Shown one piece after another: positions 11,130-24,639 of a DNA stretch of 64,000 nt (within the stretch, counting starts at the first letter, position 1; every line of letters begins with the position of its first letter). The position numbers and the translations under genes were made by a program. The notes below the pieces were generated by a model, which did not search any database, was not told the DNA's origin, and saw only the letters and a program-made list of their open reading frames with translations. The DNA comes from Isurus oxyrinchus (taxonomy: Eukaryota), in assembly GCA_026770705.1 (NCBI GenBank), contig JANJGN010000014.1, positions 113,026,001 to 113,090,000 on the forward strand, given 5' to 3'.

Positions 11130-12960
11130 ATTGGCTTTCAGAATGTCTTTGTATCTGAGTTCGGGGTGTTACATGATGAAGTTCCCTGTGCTCAGCTGGC
11201 TATAGAATACTGCCTTTGGTATGCTGGATATTCTCCATGTAATCTCATGACTGAGTGAAGCCCAGTAAAGCTGAGCTCTCTTGAGCATGGTCTCAATTCC
11301 AGGTATGCAGCACCTTGGAAGAATTTCAATAATGGTGATTTTGTCCTGCCACTTGATGTTGCTAATAGTTCTTAAGCAGCAATGAGGATGGAAGGCATCT
11401 ATTTACTTTATGTGACTGGCAGGTTTCTCTCAGCCTTAGAGAAGTGGTGTCAGAACCATTGCCTGTTAGACTTTTATCTTTGCTTTGAGACAAACTTTGT
11501 GCTCTCTCCAAAGCCTGTTGGTGAGTCTGCCAAATGCTGATCTTGTTTTTGCCAGCAATTCATCATCCAATGTAGTGATGTTGGAGAAGATACAACCAAG
11601 ATCGCAGAACTTCTAAACTAAGTTGAGGGGGGTATTGTTTATTATGGCTATGGGGTCTTAGAATTTGTGGATGCAGGAGCACAAACTACTAGATCTCTGT
11701 CTTTTTCAGGCTTATTGTAAGGCCAAGGCACTCTGAAGCTTGGGAAAATCAGTCAACAAACAGCTGAATATCCTCCAGAGTGTGTTCTATGTGACTACAG
11801 TGATCAGCAAACTAGAGTGCATGTGATAGTTGCTCTTTGATCTTTGTGCTTGCCTTGAGCCTTTGCAACTTGAAGAAGTTGCCATCTATCTTGAACTGAA
11901 TGTGTATTATGTCATTATCTCTGAATGCAAAGAAGATCATGGCCAAAAAGTAGATGACAAACAGGACATAAGCCATATGCAACATTGTTTGATGCCATTG
12001 GTGACAGGAAAGGTATCTGATAATTCTGCATCTTACTAGCCATGCTGTCATGAAAAAAGCGGCTGACCCTGATCATCTTTTCCGGGCAATCATATTTATA
12101 CAACATCTTCCTCGGGCCTGCATGGTTTGTCATATTAAACGTTTTGGTCAGGTCAATGGACACCATGTAGAGGTCCTTGTTCTGTTCACAGGACTTTTCC
12201 TGAACTTGACTTGCCACAAAGATCATGTTGACTGTTCCTCTTCCAACATGAAAGCCACACTGCGATTCTGGGTACAACGAGTCTGTAAGTTGAGTGACAA
12301 TCCTGTTGAGAATAACCCTTGCAAGAAATTCCCCTCTGTGAAGAGAATTAAAATACCATGATGATTGTCACAGGTGTAATTGTTTCCCTTCCTCTGTACA
12401 GGTGAGCTATGGAAGAATCCTTGTAATCTTGCGGCAGCATACATTGGTTGCAGATTAAGCAGAAGAGGCTAGTAAGCTTCTTAACAATGAGAGCTCCTCT
12501 GTACTTGAATACTTTAGCTGCGATGCCATCAGCTCCAGGAGACTTAGCTCTAGACATTGCCATATGGCTTGAGATGGATCGAGGACAAGCTCGTACAGAA
12601 CGTGATGCTGTGGAAGTGATTCAATGGTATTGCCACACACTGTAGGCTCTTGGTTTTGGAGATTGTTAAAGTGCTCTTCTCAATGAGAGAGACTCTTATG
12701 CCTTTTTGTTAGGAGCTGATTGCCATCTGCTGAGAGGACAGGTGCCACAGTTTTGGGGCCATAGGCAGATTAGAGACTTTCATGAAGAACTTTCAGATCA
12801 TGCATATCAGCAACTTCCTGAAGCTCTGCAGCACAATTGTCCTCCCACCATTGTTTCTTCATCTCTCTGAGTTTGGCCTGCAACAAATGTTTTCCTTGAT
12901 GGTATTTGATTTTTCTTAGTGATGATTTTTTTTTTGTCAAATATGTAGGATCTGTGACCA
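11130..12960 (-). mobile_element. RTE-clade LINE, degenerate RT
   Basis: KSPGADGIAAKVFK, CDNHHGI, PESQCGF..GRGTVNMIF..QVQEKSCEQNKDLYMVSIDLTKTF. Confidence 0.88.
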
Positions 12961-13815
12961 TTATGTGCATCGTCTATTTAGCTTAACTATACCTTGATCA
13001 TCTCCTTGAATCATTCTTGATTGTGTACACTGATATGCAAATAAGTTTGAATACAACATGAGGAAAAAAGACGTCTCAAAACTAACCCAATTTTCATCGC
13101 AGTTTTTGCCCGGACCAACAATTGTACCCAAAGCAGAAACTCTATCCCAATATATATATACATACACATTTTAATTAATAAATTATTACATCATTGTACA
13201 CTTAAATATATATTTTATGGAACAATTGCATATTTTGCTTACTCAATGCCTATGGAGCACGTAAAGGGTGATCTTTTCCAGGTAAAGCTCAGAAGACCCC
13301 CAGATTCACCCACTGACCATCTCCAACAGATGACTTCAAGCAATAAATATGTATAACAACAAGCCAGTGTCTTACAGGCCTAAATAATATTTAAATAGAC
13401 CACTAAAAAAAAGAATCAGGTGATATTAAAAAGATAATGCGGAACTACTTTGAAAAAAGTTTATTTTTGGAACTAGTGCTCTTCCACAACTGTCCTCATC
13501 TCAAGAGAATAAACTGACACTCTGTAAACAGGATTCAGTTATGTCATATATCCAGGCTCCCTTGGGACTATCTTATAACCCATCTGCAAATCCTGTCAGC
13601 AATCTTTTAACTCCCAAATAGTAAGTGGATAGTTATATAATAACAAAGCGCAGAATTCCCAGAATACCTGTGGTCAAAAACTTAGACAAAGTCAACAAAC
13701 AGATAAATTGGCACAAGTATACTTTAAAGAGGTAGTTCATGAGAAACAAAGAAATTATAACATGATGCAGGATTGTATAGCCCTGTAGACACAAAATGAG
13801 GCAGAAGAAAAAATG

Positions 13816-13885
13816 CTATCCACAGGAACAAGACCTTCCTTTCCTCTTTCTCTGTGCCAGTGCCTCATCACTCACAAATTTGTCC
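13816..13885 (-). CDS. Candidate terminal exon of an unidentified host gene
   Basis: Branch-point-like TCCTAAC (13928-13934), ~35-nt polypyrimidine tract and CAG acceptor. All three frames stop early (longest xDKFVSDEALAQRKRKGRSCSCG*). AT-rich UTR-like sequence follows, with AATAAA at 13460-13465. Confidence 0.35.
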
Positions 13886-14099
13886 CTGGGAAAATAGAAA
13901 GGAGATAAAAGGGAATAAGGAAACGTGGTTAGGACTAATCTTACTTAAATTAGAAGTAACCCCAATGTAAGAAAAAACTATTAAGTTATGTATTTTATTT
14001 TGGCTACTAATACTGATGATTTCAAAATTTTGAAAATATCGATACAATCTCTATTTTAATATTCCTCATTCAAACTTTCCACAGTACTCTTCAAAACCA

Positions 14100-15545
14100 A
14101 TGGACAGAACCTTCCCCTCCAGCCATAAGTTCCATGTGCTCCCCACCTCATTATTTATGCATGCACATGTTCCATGTTGATTTTCATGGCAGGGCTGGTA
14201 TGAATTTGTGTGCCCCGCCATCATGTCTGCGCACCATATTTAATAGGCACCCAGAGAGGCCTTCTCTAATGGGAAGAAGGATGAGCAGGAAAAGGCAACA
14301 AGCCACCAGTTCCTGCTTCAGTGCTGCATCCCTGGAGCATCCTCTGGAGACAGTGCATGAAAGGCAGGTTGTCCGTTTCACCAGAGATGACCACAGGCGA
14401 TTATCCCAGCTGACCATTGTGGCCTGGGAGGAGTTGGTAGAACTCGTGGGGATGGAGACTGCTGTTCAAAGAGCCTTGGTGACTTGCTGCAGTGCATCTT
14501 GTACATGGTACATACACACTGCTGCCAACGTGTGTCCATGGTGGAGGGATTGAGTGTTTGAGCGTGCTGCATACAGTGTCAATCAAGCTGGCTGCTTTGT
14601 CCTGGATGGTGTCCAGCTTCTAGAGTGTTCTTGAAGCCGCACTCATCCAGACAACTGGAGACTATTCTATTTCACTCCTCAGTCGTGCCATGCACATGGT
14701 GGACAGGTTTTAGGGAGTCTAGAGGTAAGCTACGGTCCAAGGAATTAGCAGCCTATGAGCAGCCCTTTCATCATTTGTGCTCACAATCCATCTATATATT
14801 GTTATGCAGGAGAAGTCTGCCCACAACTGGAGGGAAAAACAGAAAACTAAAGGGGGGATGCCTGAGCTCAGGCCCCTCATGCAACTTGAACAACAGGCTA
14901 CTGAGCTCCCAGGAGAGGACCATGCCTGTGCCAAGGACAAGGTTGGCCTCTCCCAAGCATCTAGTAAGGAAGAATGCATAATGCAGAGAACCTTGGAAAA
15001 TCAAGGTGATTAATGAGTGCCACATTTGAGCCATCCTAGGCAGTCGCTGACTCTCTCCTCTCTCCATTTTAGGTGCCAGCAAGAAGAGGGTGAAGCCAGC
15101 CCCCACACCTGGAGTCAACCCCCGGACATCTCGGAAGAGGATGAGCATGACTTCACAACTGTACAGCTGTCACAGCAGTCACCTGCATCCTCCATCAGCC
15201 GAGAGACACACACCTCAGTAGGTCATATATCTAGTTTAAGCTCTGGCTCACACTCTGGTGGTCACTGCATTCACACGTGTCCACAGCTGGAGGAGACAGT
15301 GATAGCCAAGGCCCCTGGCACCCAGAGGGCTGCTGGAGAAGAGGCCTCTGCTAAGTCTGAGTCAGATGACAAGTCTCTGGATGTGGCCATGCAGAGGATG
15401 CTGAAGTGTCTGCAAGACGCAGGGGAAAATCAGCAGAAGTGTCAGAGGCGCTCAACAGAGTGGCACATGGAGGAACCCATCCGTGTGCTCTCTGATGTTG
15501 TGACTCCAACATGCGAGTGCATTGAAGTCTCCATGGGGAGGATTT
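14100..15545 (+). mobile_element. Harbinger element remnant with an intron-containing Myb/SANT-like gene
   Basis: Exon 1 CFSAASLE..V..RQVVRF..AWEELVELV (14281-14450); exon 2 after tgcag, EKSAHNWREKQKTKGGMPELRPL (14810-14965); exon 3 after ttttag (15073). A LINE fragment interrupts at ~14450-14760. Confidence 0.65.
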
Positions 15546-15555
15546 AAAAAATAAT

Positions 15556-17180
15556 AATCATTCACAAAAGTGGGTATCACTGGCTAGGCCAGCATTTATT
15601 GCCCATCCCTAGTTGCTCTTGAGAAGGTGGTGGTCAGCTATCTTCTTGAACTGCTGCAGTCCCTGTGGTGTAGGTACACCCATAGTGCTGTTAAGGAGGG
15701 AGTTCCTGGATTTTAATCCAGCGACAGTGAAGGAACGGCAAAACATTTCCAAGTTAGGATGGTGTGTGGCTTGGAAGGAACTTCCAGGTGGTGATGTTCA
15801 CATGTATCTGCTGCCCTTGTCCTTCTAGATGGTAGCAGTCGTGGGTTTGGATGGTGCTGTCTAAGGAGCCTTGGTGAGTTCCTGCCATGCATCTTGTAGA
15901 TGGTACACACTGCTGCCATTGTTCGTCAGTGGAGGAGGGAGTGAATGTTTGTGCAAGGGGTGCCAACCAAGTGGGTTGCTTTCTCCTGGATGGTATCAAG
16001 CTTCTTGAGTGATGTTGGAGCAGCACTCATCCAGGCAAGGGGAGTCTATTCCATCACACTCTTGACTCCTGAATGGGCTTTGGGGAGTCAGGGTGTGAGT
16101 TACTTGCCTTGGGATTCCTAGCCTCTGGCCTGCTATTGTAGCCATAAGGGAAAATGTTCTCTCCGTTGGGGGGGGTTTGGGTGGGATCGCGCTACCTGCG
16201 ATCGGCTGGGCGCAGCCATTTTACGTGGGCGGGCCAATTAATACCCGCCCACGGTGACACATGCCCGGAAGTGCTGTGCACTCCCTGTGCAGGCGAGGGG
16301 AGGGGGGAATGTCAGGGCCTGCGCTCTTTCGTGCATGTATGCGAAAGAGCACAGAACTCTCCCTGAAGCACAGAGCTGCCTCAGGAAGATTAGTTTAAGT
16401 TCAAGAAAATATAATAAAGGAAATAAAACATTTTTAAGACCTGTCCCCTCATGTGAAACTGTCACATGAGCTGGGGCATGTCTATTCATTTTATTAAAAG
16501 TTTTTGCAAGAATTTAAAAACCTTCATGAAACCTCATCCTGCCTGTGGATGAGGTTTCATGAGAAATGCAAAGGCTGCCTGGGCTTTTCTCCTGCCCGCC
16601 AACCTTAAGGTTGGACGGGCAGCCCAGTTAATTGTTTCAATTGATAGTTAATTGGCCTTAATAGGCCTTTGACTGTTTAGCAGGTGCGCAGCTGACTCCG
16701 GTGCGCGCCCACCGAACGGAAAATCTGAATGACGCGCAGTGACATGGGGACACATGCCCGACGTCACTGCACATCATTTTACGCCTCAGCGAGTGGGCCC
16801 CGTCCCTGCTGCCTGAGCCGAAGATTCTTCCCATAGTATTCATATGGCTAGTCCAGTTCAGCCTCTGGTCAATGGTAACTTCCACGATGTTGATAGTGGG
16901 GTATCAGCAATGCAAAGCCATTGAATATCAAGGGGCAATGGTTAGATTCTCTCTTGTTGGAAATTGTCATTGCCTGGCACTTGTGTGGCATGCATTACTT
17001 GCCACTTGTCAGCCCAAGCTCATGAACAGGCTTTGGGGAGTCAACTTGTCAAGCCTGGGTATTGTCCAGGTTTTGCTGCATTTGGGCATGGGCTGCTTCA
17101 GTATCTGAGAAGTCAGGAATGGTGCTGAACATTGCATAATCATTAGCGATCATCCCCACTTCCGACATTATGATAGCAGA
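15556..17180 (-). mobile_element. CR1/L2-group LINE 3' portion (same family as 41395-44685), split by a MITE
   Basis: AAVCTIYKMHGRNSPRLLRQH, GMIANDYAMFSTI..QMQQNLDNTQA; 3' tail near 15556-15610. Confidence 0.85.
16147..16832. mobile_element. Harbinger-type MITE
   Basis: TIRs agggaaaat / attcttccc; 3-bp TSD ATA; the LINE sequence gcc-ata-gtatt is restored on removal. Confidence 0.8.
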
Positions 17181-17410
17181 TGTCACAGAGAACCTGGTCC
17201 AGCAGAATGCCCAGTTTCTGTTGGGGGTGCGTTCAAACCTGCGCTCCATAACTCTAGGCATGTGTTAGCTTTCCCAGTGACTATGGGTGAGGGGGATGGG
17301 GCACTGCAACCTCCTTCCAGCTGCCCCTTCTCCTCAAGGAGCCAAGGGTGTCGAGGAGTTCCCAGTTCCCTCAGCCTGTGATCTCACCGGCTATAGCTGA
17401 TCAGGCCAAG

Positions 17411-18208
17411 AAAAGAGCTTTCTCATTTGCTATTCCTCAGTATTTGGTGAAGGCTACACGGCAGCAGGTCTGAATCAAAGGGCTCTCACAACAACGAGAT
17501 CCCAGCAAGATGTAGAGCTCCCTCTCAGCTGGAGACACAAAGCAAGCCAATAGGCTACCTCCAGCTCTGCTGCAGATGTTGGGGATGCACCTAGACGTAA
17601 TGGTAGAGAAAGTAAAATTAAGAAGTTTTGAATGAACACTGGTGGCATTGAACATTGGGAGTTCAATCATCATATACAGTTTTTGTATTCCCAAATATAA
17701 GTTATCTTGCGCTGTTTGCAAGTCTCCTGGATCCATTTTGCTACTAGTAGCTTTAATGGTTGTGTGCACTCCACCCCTTCCAGAGGGAACCAAGGATGGG
17801 TCTTCTTCCCCCTAATACATGTGGCACATGGAGACATCGGTCTTTGCCAAGGGTGATGACTGCCATGTGCAAGAGGCCTGCCACTCACACAATTCCACTT
17901 GTGTCCATTATACTCAAGACTCTATGGATAGACCATAATGGAAAGATTAACCATGTGAACCCTTTTCAGGCAGGTCCATTCCCTGGGAGGTTGGAAGTTT
18001 GCAGTCATGACTTGGCTGCCATTCTCCCAGATACATCTTGTATCAATTTCCCTCCCTCCCTCCCAGCTTCTTCCTGGAACCAATGGCCAATGGCTCAGCA
18101 GCTCTACATCTTGCTGGGATCTCGTTGTTGTGAGAACCCTTTGAGTCAGACCTGCTGCCATGTAGCCTTCACCAAATACTGAGGAATAGCAAATGAGAAA
18201 GCTCTCTT
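17411..18208. repeat. ~105-bp inverted repeats flanking a ~580-bp spacer
   Basis: 17411-17518 agagctttctcatttgctattcctcag...cagcaagatgtagagc is reverse-complemented at 18101-18208. Confidence 0.9.
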
Positions 18209-20129
18209 ACAGTCTCCATGTGATTATTAGGGTTTTCCTTTAATTGTCAAGTTGTGCTGACCCTCAGCTCCACCCACCTGAGCAGACCCTCCCTCTACCT
18301 CGAGGTTTTGCAGTTGGAGCAAGAGATTGCTTTGATCTGGAGCTGGCTCAGGGTGGTGTGTGTGTCATTTAAAACTGTCTCTTCCACCTTTTACCCTCCC
18401 CCTGTTACACACCAACATCCCCCTATCACTGTTCACACCCCCAAAGCCACCTTTACTCTCCCCTCGATAACTCTTGCGCCTCGCCCCATCATGCTGCACC
18501 CTATCACTGTGGACTTGGACATGCCTTCCCTCTCCGCTGAACCCACCCCAGTCACCATTCCTAGGGCCACTCTGATCCTCTGCAATCCTGGAATCTGCAT
18601 CACCATCCTTGTTCCCCTCAATGACTCCACGGCTAAGAACTATAGACACCATACCTATACCCAGGCAGGCCCTTCCACCTTACTGCATCCCACTTCCCCC
18701 TCTCACAGTCACCGTCCCATCCTATCACCAGCACACCTAGGGCCACAACATTTAATTGACTGACCCGTCCCTCTGAAGAACTCTAAACCGACCCTGCCCA
18801 ACCCTATCCCTCTCCTTCCCCCTTCATGCCTTCATCCCTCCCCCTTCTGCTTCCCCTTCATTCCTTCCTCACTCCAATCACAACCCCCACTTCTCAACTG
18901 GATACCCACACCCCCCCCTTCTTCTCATCCGGACACCCACGCCTCCTACTTCTCCTCTGGACACACCCCTACCCCACCTCTGCTATGACCAACCTCCCAT
19001 TACTCTCCTCTGAGCACTGCCACCCCCCCCTGCCCCTTCTCCTCCAGGCACCACCCCCCCTAACTCATATCTTGCACCCACCCCCTCTTTGTCTCCTCCA
19101 GACCTCCCACCTCGTGTCTTCTTGCGCACGATATTTGCAGCCGGCTCCATTGGTGCAGCCGCTTTGACTCTAAGGTACGTGCTTTAAAATAATCCTTCGC
19201 CCAGCCTATGCCATGAATGTCTATTTGGGTTACAAAATGACGTAAATTCCCACTGATGGGGTGGAAGATTTGATGGGGCCACACAGTTCTGCTGTGTTGG
19301 GGTCTTAAAGAGCATGCATGAGAGGCAAACGGGTTCCCACCAAGTTTCAGCGGGAGATGTGATTCACCATCAATCTGCCATGAAAGTTGGGAAGGGACCA
19401 CCCTGTCCTGGCTTCCCGACGTCAGGGAACTGATCTGCAACCCCCACCCACCATCCCCCCTATATCTTCCGTCCCCATCCGTCATGAATCCCGATGATGG
19501 TGGGAGGGGAATGTTCAACCCAATGTTCTGAGCCCTCTAGTGCTGAATGCACATTTGTTTTCAAACAAATGTTTTGCTGGGTTTGCAATGAAGTAAATTT
19601 ATACATACAGTTTATGAAGATATTGAATATTTAGGTGTACATTGACACAAATTAATTGCCAAACAATTGTGTGTTTTAGGGGATATTTGTAACCCAGCCC
19701 ACCTAATGGAAATCTGATAAGATTAGGCCAGCTGTCTGTGGACACATCATCTGATTTTACTGTCCAATGAAGCCACGTTTCTTTTTGCACAATATATGAA
19801 TCTCAGTGTTATATGTACAGCAAGCTATCTGAAACTGGTCGTAAGCATACAGGTGGCCTAGGATTCCTGTAATAGTGTGGGGTCATACTGTATAAAGGAC
19901 GTGCTCTCTGTTTTAAAATAGTTGTTCGTAAACATAGATTTACCTAAACACTTTCATGCCTTGAGGGATACCTCAAGACAGCGAGCTGGTTTCCTCTGTG
20001 GTATACAGTAGTGGCACTGAATTTCCTCAAAACTTTCTGACACTGAGGCAGTGTAACTTTGCCAAAAGTGCAGTGCATACCCTTATTACTTAATGAAATG
20101 GGATTTCGGTCTGAGGAAGTACATTGGCA

Positions 20130-20420
20130 GAAAGTCCAAGGAAATTGTAAAAGAAGGAAAGAGGGGTAGTGATGCAAGGAGGTTGGAGAGGGAATTTTAG
20201 AGTTTAGGGCCCAGGAAGCTGAAGGCATATCTGCCAATGGTGGAATAGTGAAAATCAGGGATGCCCGAGAGGCCAGAATAGAGGAGTGTTGATATTTCAA
20301 CCAATTGTGGGGCTGGAGCAGAATACAAAGCTAGACAGGAGCAAGGCCGCAGAGGGATTTTAAAACAAGGGTGAGAATTTAAAAATCAAGATCTTCAACC
20401 TGGAGACAATATAGGTCAAT
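20130..20420 (-). mobile_element. L2 LINE 3' fragment
   Basis: gagggaattttagagtttagggccc.ggaagctgaaggca motif typical of antisense L2 3' ends; a related piece lies at ~48130-48445. Confidence 0.6.
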
Positions 20421-20579
20421 CTATAAAAGCTTCCTTAAGTTCAATTAAATGATCCTTCATGGTTCAATCTTGAGCAAATTCTCCAAATGCAAGTTGATTG
20501 TTCACATCCCATTGACATGATAACTATTACAGTTACACAATAAACTTATAAGGTTGAAAATGGGAAACACAATTTTAAC

Positions 20580-22281
20580 CAGCCTCCATTGTGCCCACGG
20601 CCGGTTTGAACAGTGGCATGGGGGTTGTGGTTTGGGGGAGGGTCTGGCAGTTTTTTGGGAGAGCGGAGCAGTGACTAATCTTCTCTCTGGAGACTGGACC
20701 TTCTGCAGACTGCCATCTTGATGTGGTGGAGAGGCTTGTGCACTCTGACGATCCCTTGAGCGATGCCGTTGGCAAGGTCGGTGGGGAGGTACCAGGTAAA
20801 GTACACTCCAAAAAGTCCTCAACAGCAGAACAGCTGAAGGAAATCTGTGTGTCTCACTGGTTACAAAGGCAGAAGTAGGCTGCCGTGGCAAGGTGGCCCT
20901 GGTCATCATGGTTTGACACATCACTGAAACCTGACCACCAAGCAATCAAGATCATGTGGACAATGACGGGACCTCAAGGTCCCCCCATTAAACAAAACCA
21001 CATGCAGGCATCTACCATGGTCCATCTGTTATCCGAAGAATTGGTGAAGCTGGAAGACCCTAGTCAGGAACCTGCACATAGCCAATGGATGTGCGAAGGT
21101 CGATGGACACCTGAGTTAGCATAGAGGTGACTTTGGACAGCAACATCTGTGACCATGCAGTCCTCTTCAGGATACCCTTTGCTCACCCCAGATGGGGAGG
21201 GGACTAGGAAAGACATCCTAAAAATAGGCTGTCCCACTTTCACCTGGCTGGGGAACCATACCCTGCAGAATGGTCAAAGAAAGAAAACTTTAAATTTTGC
21301 AACTTAGAATGTTAGAACACCCATGGATAATCTCAAGGGTGACTGTCCAGGACAAAGAACTGCAATTGTATCACGTGAACTATCAAGACTCCAAATTGAC
21401 ATTGTCTTGCTCAGTGAGACCCAACTTCCTGGAGAGAAGCAGCTGAAGGAACAGGTGGGAGGGTGGTGGGGTGTATACCTTCTACTGTTATGTTGTGGCA
21501 GATGATGTGTGCGGGGGCATCAAATCCATGAGGGAAACTTGATTACGTGGTCACATCTGTTGCAATTTGTACTTTATTTTGAGGTGAGTGCCCTGAATTC
21601 AGGAGTAATAAGACTACCATGACTTCAGAAGTTTTTAGTAAACTAAATTAAACATTTATTAATGAAAGAAAAGATTTCAAGCGCATACATACGTCTGCAA
21701 ATTACTACTATAATAACTCCAAAAACCCCAATTAATCTGGCTTCCAGTTACACCCCCGTTAAGGCAGCAGTGAAAAACAAATAGATTTAAACAGACCTAG
21801 GCAAAGCAACATGATACCCTGGACAGTAGAGTTCAAAGTGTGTTTTCCCAGCTTTGGTTCCTGACCAGTGACTTGATGCACAGAGGCTGGAGGATTTTCA
21901 CACTTGTTAGATCTTAGAATGCCTTCTCCTCCTTGACACATAGCCTCATATTCCTTTATACATGTTTTCCCCTTTTAATGCAAATTCCATTGTTCTGATT
22001 GTTTTTGGAACTTTACCTTTCTCATAATATAAATCTATCATAGCACTCATATTACCGGTAACCTTTGGGAAAAATAAACACACTGTTTGGCTTGGCTTCT
22101 TCTGGCTAGGTGTAATATCTTAACATCTCTTTGAAATTCAAACTATCCTGGTTTAGCTAATATGCAAATTTTCCTCACATCTCACATGCTAAAACATCAG
22201 CCATGTTCATATATTTAGCATTTCAAATCTAGCTTCTTCTGATGACTCATATTCTCCAGACTAGCTGTCTCCAATTCAATT

Positions 22282-22312
<31 letters not shown>

Positions 22313-23000
22313 GTAGAAACTATCCAAACTCCACTATGAACCTACCTTTACCAGTAAATTACAATAATATTATGAGAATTATTATATTTTCATGACACTA
22401 CTGAAAGGGAATGGCTGACAATGGTCCTTGTGTCCATGAAATTGGTTTTGTCACCCGGAACAGGATCTTGGGTACACTGCCAAAACTACTCAAATAAATC
22501 AATGAAAGCCTTGTGACACTTCACTTACAGCTCAGCTGTAATCATTACACCACTATCATCAGCGCTTATGTCCCAACCCTTGCCTCCAATGAAGATATTA
22601 AGGAAAGATTCCTGTTTGACCTTGATGAAGTACCCACTGCTATCCCAAGAGAATAAAATATAATCCTTCTGGGGACTTTAATGCCAAGGTTGCCGTGACA
22701 ATGAAGTCTGGAGAGGAGCCACTTGGAAAAACAGAGTGGGAAAAATCAATGCAAATGGTGTCCTTCTGCTGACAAACTGTGCTCAACATGGCCTTATTGT
22801 GAAAAAACATCCTCTTCCACCAGCAGGACATATACAAACCACATGGAGATATCCTAGATCAAAGCACAGGCATGACCTGGATTATGTCATTGATCGAGTT
22901 AAAATTCTAAGTGATATCTGTATCTGTGGATCCATGCAGGTGTCTGCTGCTTGCTGGACAGATCATCAACTTGTTCAATCAGTGACAAAATCCACCTAGC
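20580..23000 (+). mobile_element. RTE LINE 5' UTR and AP endonuclease, split by a solo LTR
   Basis: LNFAT*NVRT.MDN..RTAIVSRELSRLQIDIVLLSETQLPGEKQLKE..YTFY, then IISAYVPTL, IILLGDFNAKV, GKINANGVLLL, TTWRYPRSKHRHDLDYVI, WTDHQLV. The 5' boundary is approximate. Confidence 0.85.
21486..22397 (-). mobile_element. Solo LTR (~912 bp), Gypsy-type
   Basis: TGTTATG...CATGACA termini; 4-bp TSD CTAC; interrupts the RTE endonuclease frame; internal (CA)n. Confidence 0.88.
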
Positions 23001-24639
23001 ACCAAGATCTCGCTACAGACCGGCCAAGAATGTGTTGGAATAGCCAAACCTAAAGCTAACAAAAGGGCTTCAACAACAGCTGAATTGAGACAAAGGCAGA
23101 GTTGGGTCGGCATGCCCCTTAGTCTTGCAGCTATAAACATACTTGAAAAAGGTAGAGAAAGCTTCCAATCTGACCTCAACATTGACTTAATAATGGAGAA
23201 ATAATGTGTCTTGGTTTCCGGAGCATATTTATTTCTTAAGGCTATATGTTTTGAATTTTAACATAAAATTGAACATCAGAGTTACGTTAATTTTCAAACT
23301 GCTTTAAAACTTTATATCTGAGTGAAAACATTTAATTACGTCATATTATAGCAGTGTGTTCAGGAACAAAGCACTAATCTTTTTGGGCAGATGTTTATTT
23401 TCCAATTGTTCAGAAATGTGGCTTTTGAATCTCTACTCCCACTCAGCTGCTTGAAAATTGGCTTCCATCTCTACATCTTGATATCTTAACAGTAGCAGTT
23501 TTAGACTAAACCAAATTGAATTTCGAACTTTGGCTGTTGTGTGTCCCCCTAATTAAAATGCCCTCTGTTTTTGGCTGACATAAACGAACATACTATAAAG
23601 ACTCTTTTTCCTCTTAACTAGGCCTCTGATATTTGTGAATGGATGCTTTTTTTCTATTTATTATAAAGATTTTACTGTACACATTCATGATAGCTGTGCA
23701 CCCAAATGAATTAGATGGTGAAGGTATAAGCAAAATTAAGACCAAAGCTTTAAAGAGATGCTGTCTTCGTAAAAACAGAAATTTTTGGCAAACCTTTTAG
23801 GCTTGCGGAGGAAGAAAGACCACATTTTCCTCAGTTAAATTTGCAATCCAAGAGAGCCATCATTCGGCCGTCTCCAAAAATTTGGATTTGGATAGCTCGG
23901 ACATTATGAGGGCAATGTCAACATGAAGGACCATTTGTTATAAGTAAATTGAGGACATTAAGGTATAAACAAATAGCTCACATGTTATCAACTTACTGAA
24001 AAAAATCATAACACAAATAGATTAATTTTGTGATTTAGTGAAATGTACCCTTTCAGTAGCTGATTTTTTTAGACATATTCTAAACCTCACAATGATTCAG
24101 AGCAGATCTAAACACAGCTAAGTGTTGCTCAATGTCAATTTGATCTCAGGAACAATATTCATCCAAGTTTATTAATCCCTCGCTTGTAGTAGGGACTGCT
24201 GTGTAAAATCATTTAAAAATGAATTAAACAAATTCAACAAGTGAATTACACACATTATTAATCCCTGGATGGCAGAGCTTTGATAAAGGCAAGACACTAA
24301 AGGCTTATAACTCAGGAGAAACAAGAAAGAGTATCCTATTTAGATATATTTGCTGAGAGTAAAAGGGGGAGTTCGTATTCTTGTAATACCAGTATGGACA
24401 TTTGCAAAGTCAAATCAACTAGGCCTCAAGTGTAATGGCAAATCAAATGTAAACAAGATCAGCTGAAAAACAATTTTAAAACTGCTATATTGTCATATGA
24501 TTCATAAAGAGCTAGGAACTATTTGTTATTTGTTATGTGAATGTACATCTTGGAAGTTACATGTTACTGTTGCACTGCAGTCATGTGTCGAGCAATGATG
24601 ACCCGGAACATCATTGTTCCCCTGCATCTAGAACCCTCT

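Noticed and set aside
18254-19167. Pro/Thr-rich ORFs
   Set aside because: They arise from C-rich low-complexity sequence and have no domain motifs.
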